In this document: positions 60,954 to 64,000 of the stretch, piece after piece
How positions within the stretch are numbered: the first letter of the stretch is position 1
How the letters are laid out: every line of letters begins with the position of its first letter
NCBI GenBank assembly: GCA_964016885.1
Contig: OZ024742.1
Span: 126,852,001-126,916,000, forward strand
Reading direction: 5' to 3'
Length of the DNA stretch: 64,000 nucleotides
Source: Eledone cirrhosa
Taxonomy: Eukaryota
The notes under the pieces: model-generated
Told to the model about the DNA's origin: nothing
What the model saw: the letters and a program-made list of their open reading frames with translations, nothing else
Databases searched by the model: none
Made by a program: the position numbers and the translations under genes

Positions 60954-61465
60954 TAGCAACTAACAGCGCTGCGATCGAGTGTGGCTTTTTAGCCCAGCCA
61001 ATGATCTAAAATGTCTTGCACAGAGTCGGCAATCAAAACATTCACTGGGCTGGGAATAGCCGGCCGTGGTTGGAGTTCATGTACTATTGCATGTCGCTTG
61101 AGCCCTCCTGCTGATTTACATTCTCTACCACATGTTTGGCAAGCATGATGAGTAGCATCTCCAACAGCAGCCTGGTAGTCAACCACTGGTCTTACTTTAT
61201 GACTGCGAAGATGACTTTCGAGTCCAGCTTTGCTTAGGCAGAGTCTCGCACAGACGCTGCATGTCAGCACCATAGGAGGACCCTCTCCGTCTGGAAGTGC
61301 AACAGCAATGCCCTACCTCACATCCCGCTTTACTTTCTCGTATGCGATTCGAGATGCCTCGTATACAGTCTTTCTCCATTTATTACGATCAGCAGCAATA
61401 TTTTCCCATGTATCAGCAGAGATGTTAGCGTCTTTCAAAGAGGCTTTCAAGGAATCCTTATACCT
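60630..61465 (-). mobile_element. 5'-truncated RTE (BovB-like) LINE 3' end
   Basis: Coding fragment 60960-61465 plus stem-loop tail 60630-60659, separated by a simple-repeat block. Confidence 0.8.
60960..61465 (-). pseudogene. RTE ORF C-terminus with three C2H2-type zinc fingers
   Basis: [31 protein letters not shown], then [42 protein letters not shown] and, after a frameshift, CRLCARHFRSLAGLKSH. One in-frame TAG. Confidence 0.87.
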
Positions 61466-61924
61466 CTACATATATATATACACACATATATATATATACA
61501 TATATATATACATATATACACACATATATACACATATATATACACATATATACACACATATATACACACATATATACACATATATATATACATTTATATA
61601 TACACATATACATATATATATATATACACATATATATATATACACATATATATATATACATACACACACATATATATATATATATATAATTATCAATCAC
61701 ATATATTTTTATTGTTTGACCCGAATTACTTGGTCGTTTGTTTTGGTTGTGCGGATGATCTGTTTAACCATCATCTCAGTGTGTCTGGCCCTTAACGTAT
61801 GTTGTAGCTCTGATTCACAAGAATCATCGAGCGCTTGCCACACATATCGGACGTTGATTTTCGTTAATTCCTGAGCTGAAATACGATTCTCGCTAATTTA
61901 TATTTGTATATATATACATATAGA

Positions 61925-62691
61925 TCTGTATATATATAAAGACGAAGTTTTCTGAATGTGTGTGTGTGGACAATTTTAATGAGGACTCATATATTCTAAA
62001 CCATTCATGCGATTTCTTTGAAATTTTTTACAGAACTTCCCCTTGCACAAAACCTGTACATGATCTACAAAGGCTTTCAAAAATCGATATTGAGACCTCT
62101 GGAGACATTAAAAATGTTTCGGTTATTTGTGAAAATTTTCGTGATTAAGTAAGTCAAGAGTTATCTTTAAGTAAGACAAGTGTTTTCTTTCGTAATTCGG
62201 CTCATTCGGATTTTAATTTACTCTTTGTACTTGAAACAAAAGTACGCTTCCTTGAGACTACCAATATAATTTTGTATATTTCAGAACCAGAAATTTCTAA
62301 CAGATTACTAAGTGAAGTTATAGATTTGACATTGTATAATTTATCGTTTCAAGCTTGATGTTCATACATTAAGTGATGTCATAACTTTTACAATATTAAG
62401 CTTTGTACATAATAGTGTCTATTATTCACTTCACTTTATTATTGTCTATTATTCACTTCATGATGCGCTTGCACTGTTGTCAACATTTTTTTTACCTAGA
62501 CTGGATTTCTGTTGTTACATTGTATAACGGATGACACAGAGCTCACATATTAATTATTTCGCTGGAATAGTGCCTAAGGTTTTCATGTTTACATAAAGAA
62601 CGTTTTTCTTCTATGTATTCAAATTTACTTTGTTTAGTTTAATCAACTACATCGAAAACTACTTGAACAGTCCAACGGGTAGTTTAGCTAG
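61925..62691 (+). mobile_element. Non-autonomous Helitron-like element
   Basis: A|TC 5' end (TCTGTATATATATAAAG, GT microsatellite, AAACCATTCATGCGATTTCTTTGAAATTTT) and 3' ACTTG..CGGGT degenerate hairpin followed by CTAG|T at 62688-62691. Confidence 0.65.

Positions 62692-64000
<1,309 letters not shown>

Overview
AT-rich animal genomic DNA with no recognisable host protein-coding exon. The SINE families and microsatellite load suggest an octopus or other coleoid cephalopod (inference). Roughly a fifth to a quarter of the window is interrupted (TA)n arrays, and the long Y/I/H/V-rich ORFs in the track are artefacts of simple repeats. The rest is dense with tRNA-derived SINEs, minisatellites and transposon relics: a Helitron helicase 3' end, a non-autonomous Helitron, RTE and CR1/L2-type LINE fragments, foldback MITE-like elements, and a Penelope-like (PLE) GIY-YIG fragment with an inverted terminal repeat. 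The most notable signal is invisible to the ORF track. Five type I hammerhead ribozyme motifs from three sequence families occur at 14836-14873 (-), 16485-16549 (-), 16652-16717 (+), 41896-41986 (+) and 46463-46533 (-). All have palindromic, dimer-type stem III, and most lie a short distance upstream of a TA-type microsatellite. One sits in a 306-bp partial tandem unit resembling a retrozyme (circular-RNA-derived element), one carries a U3:A8 core covariation, and two form a 300-bp foldback. Folds were derived by eye and nothing was tested computationally.
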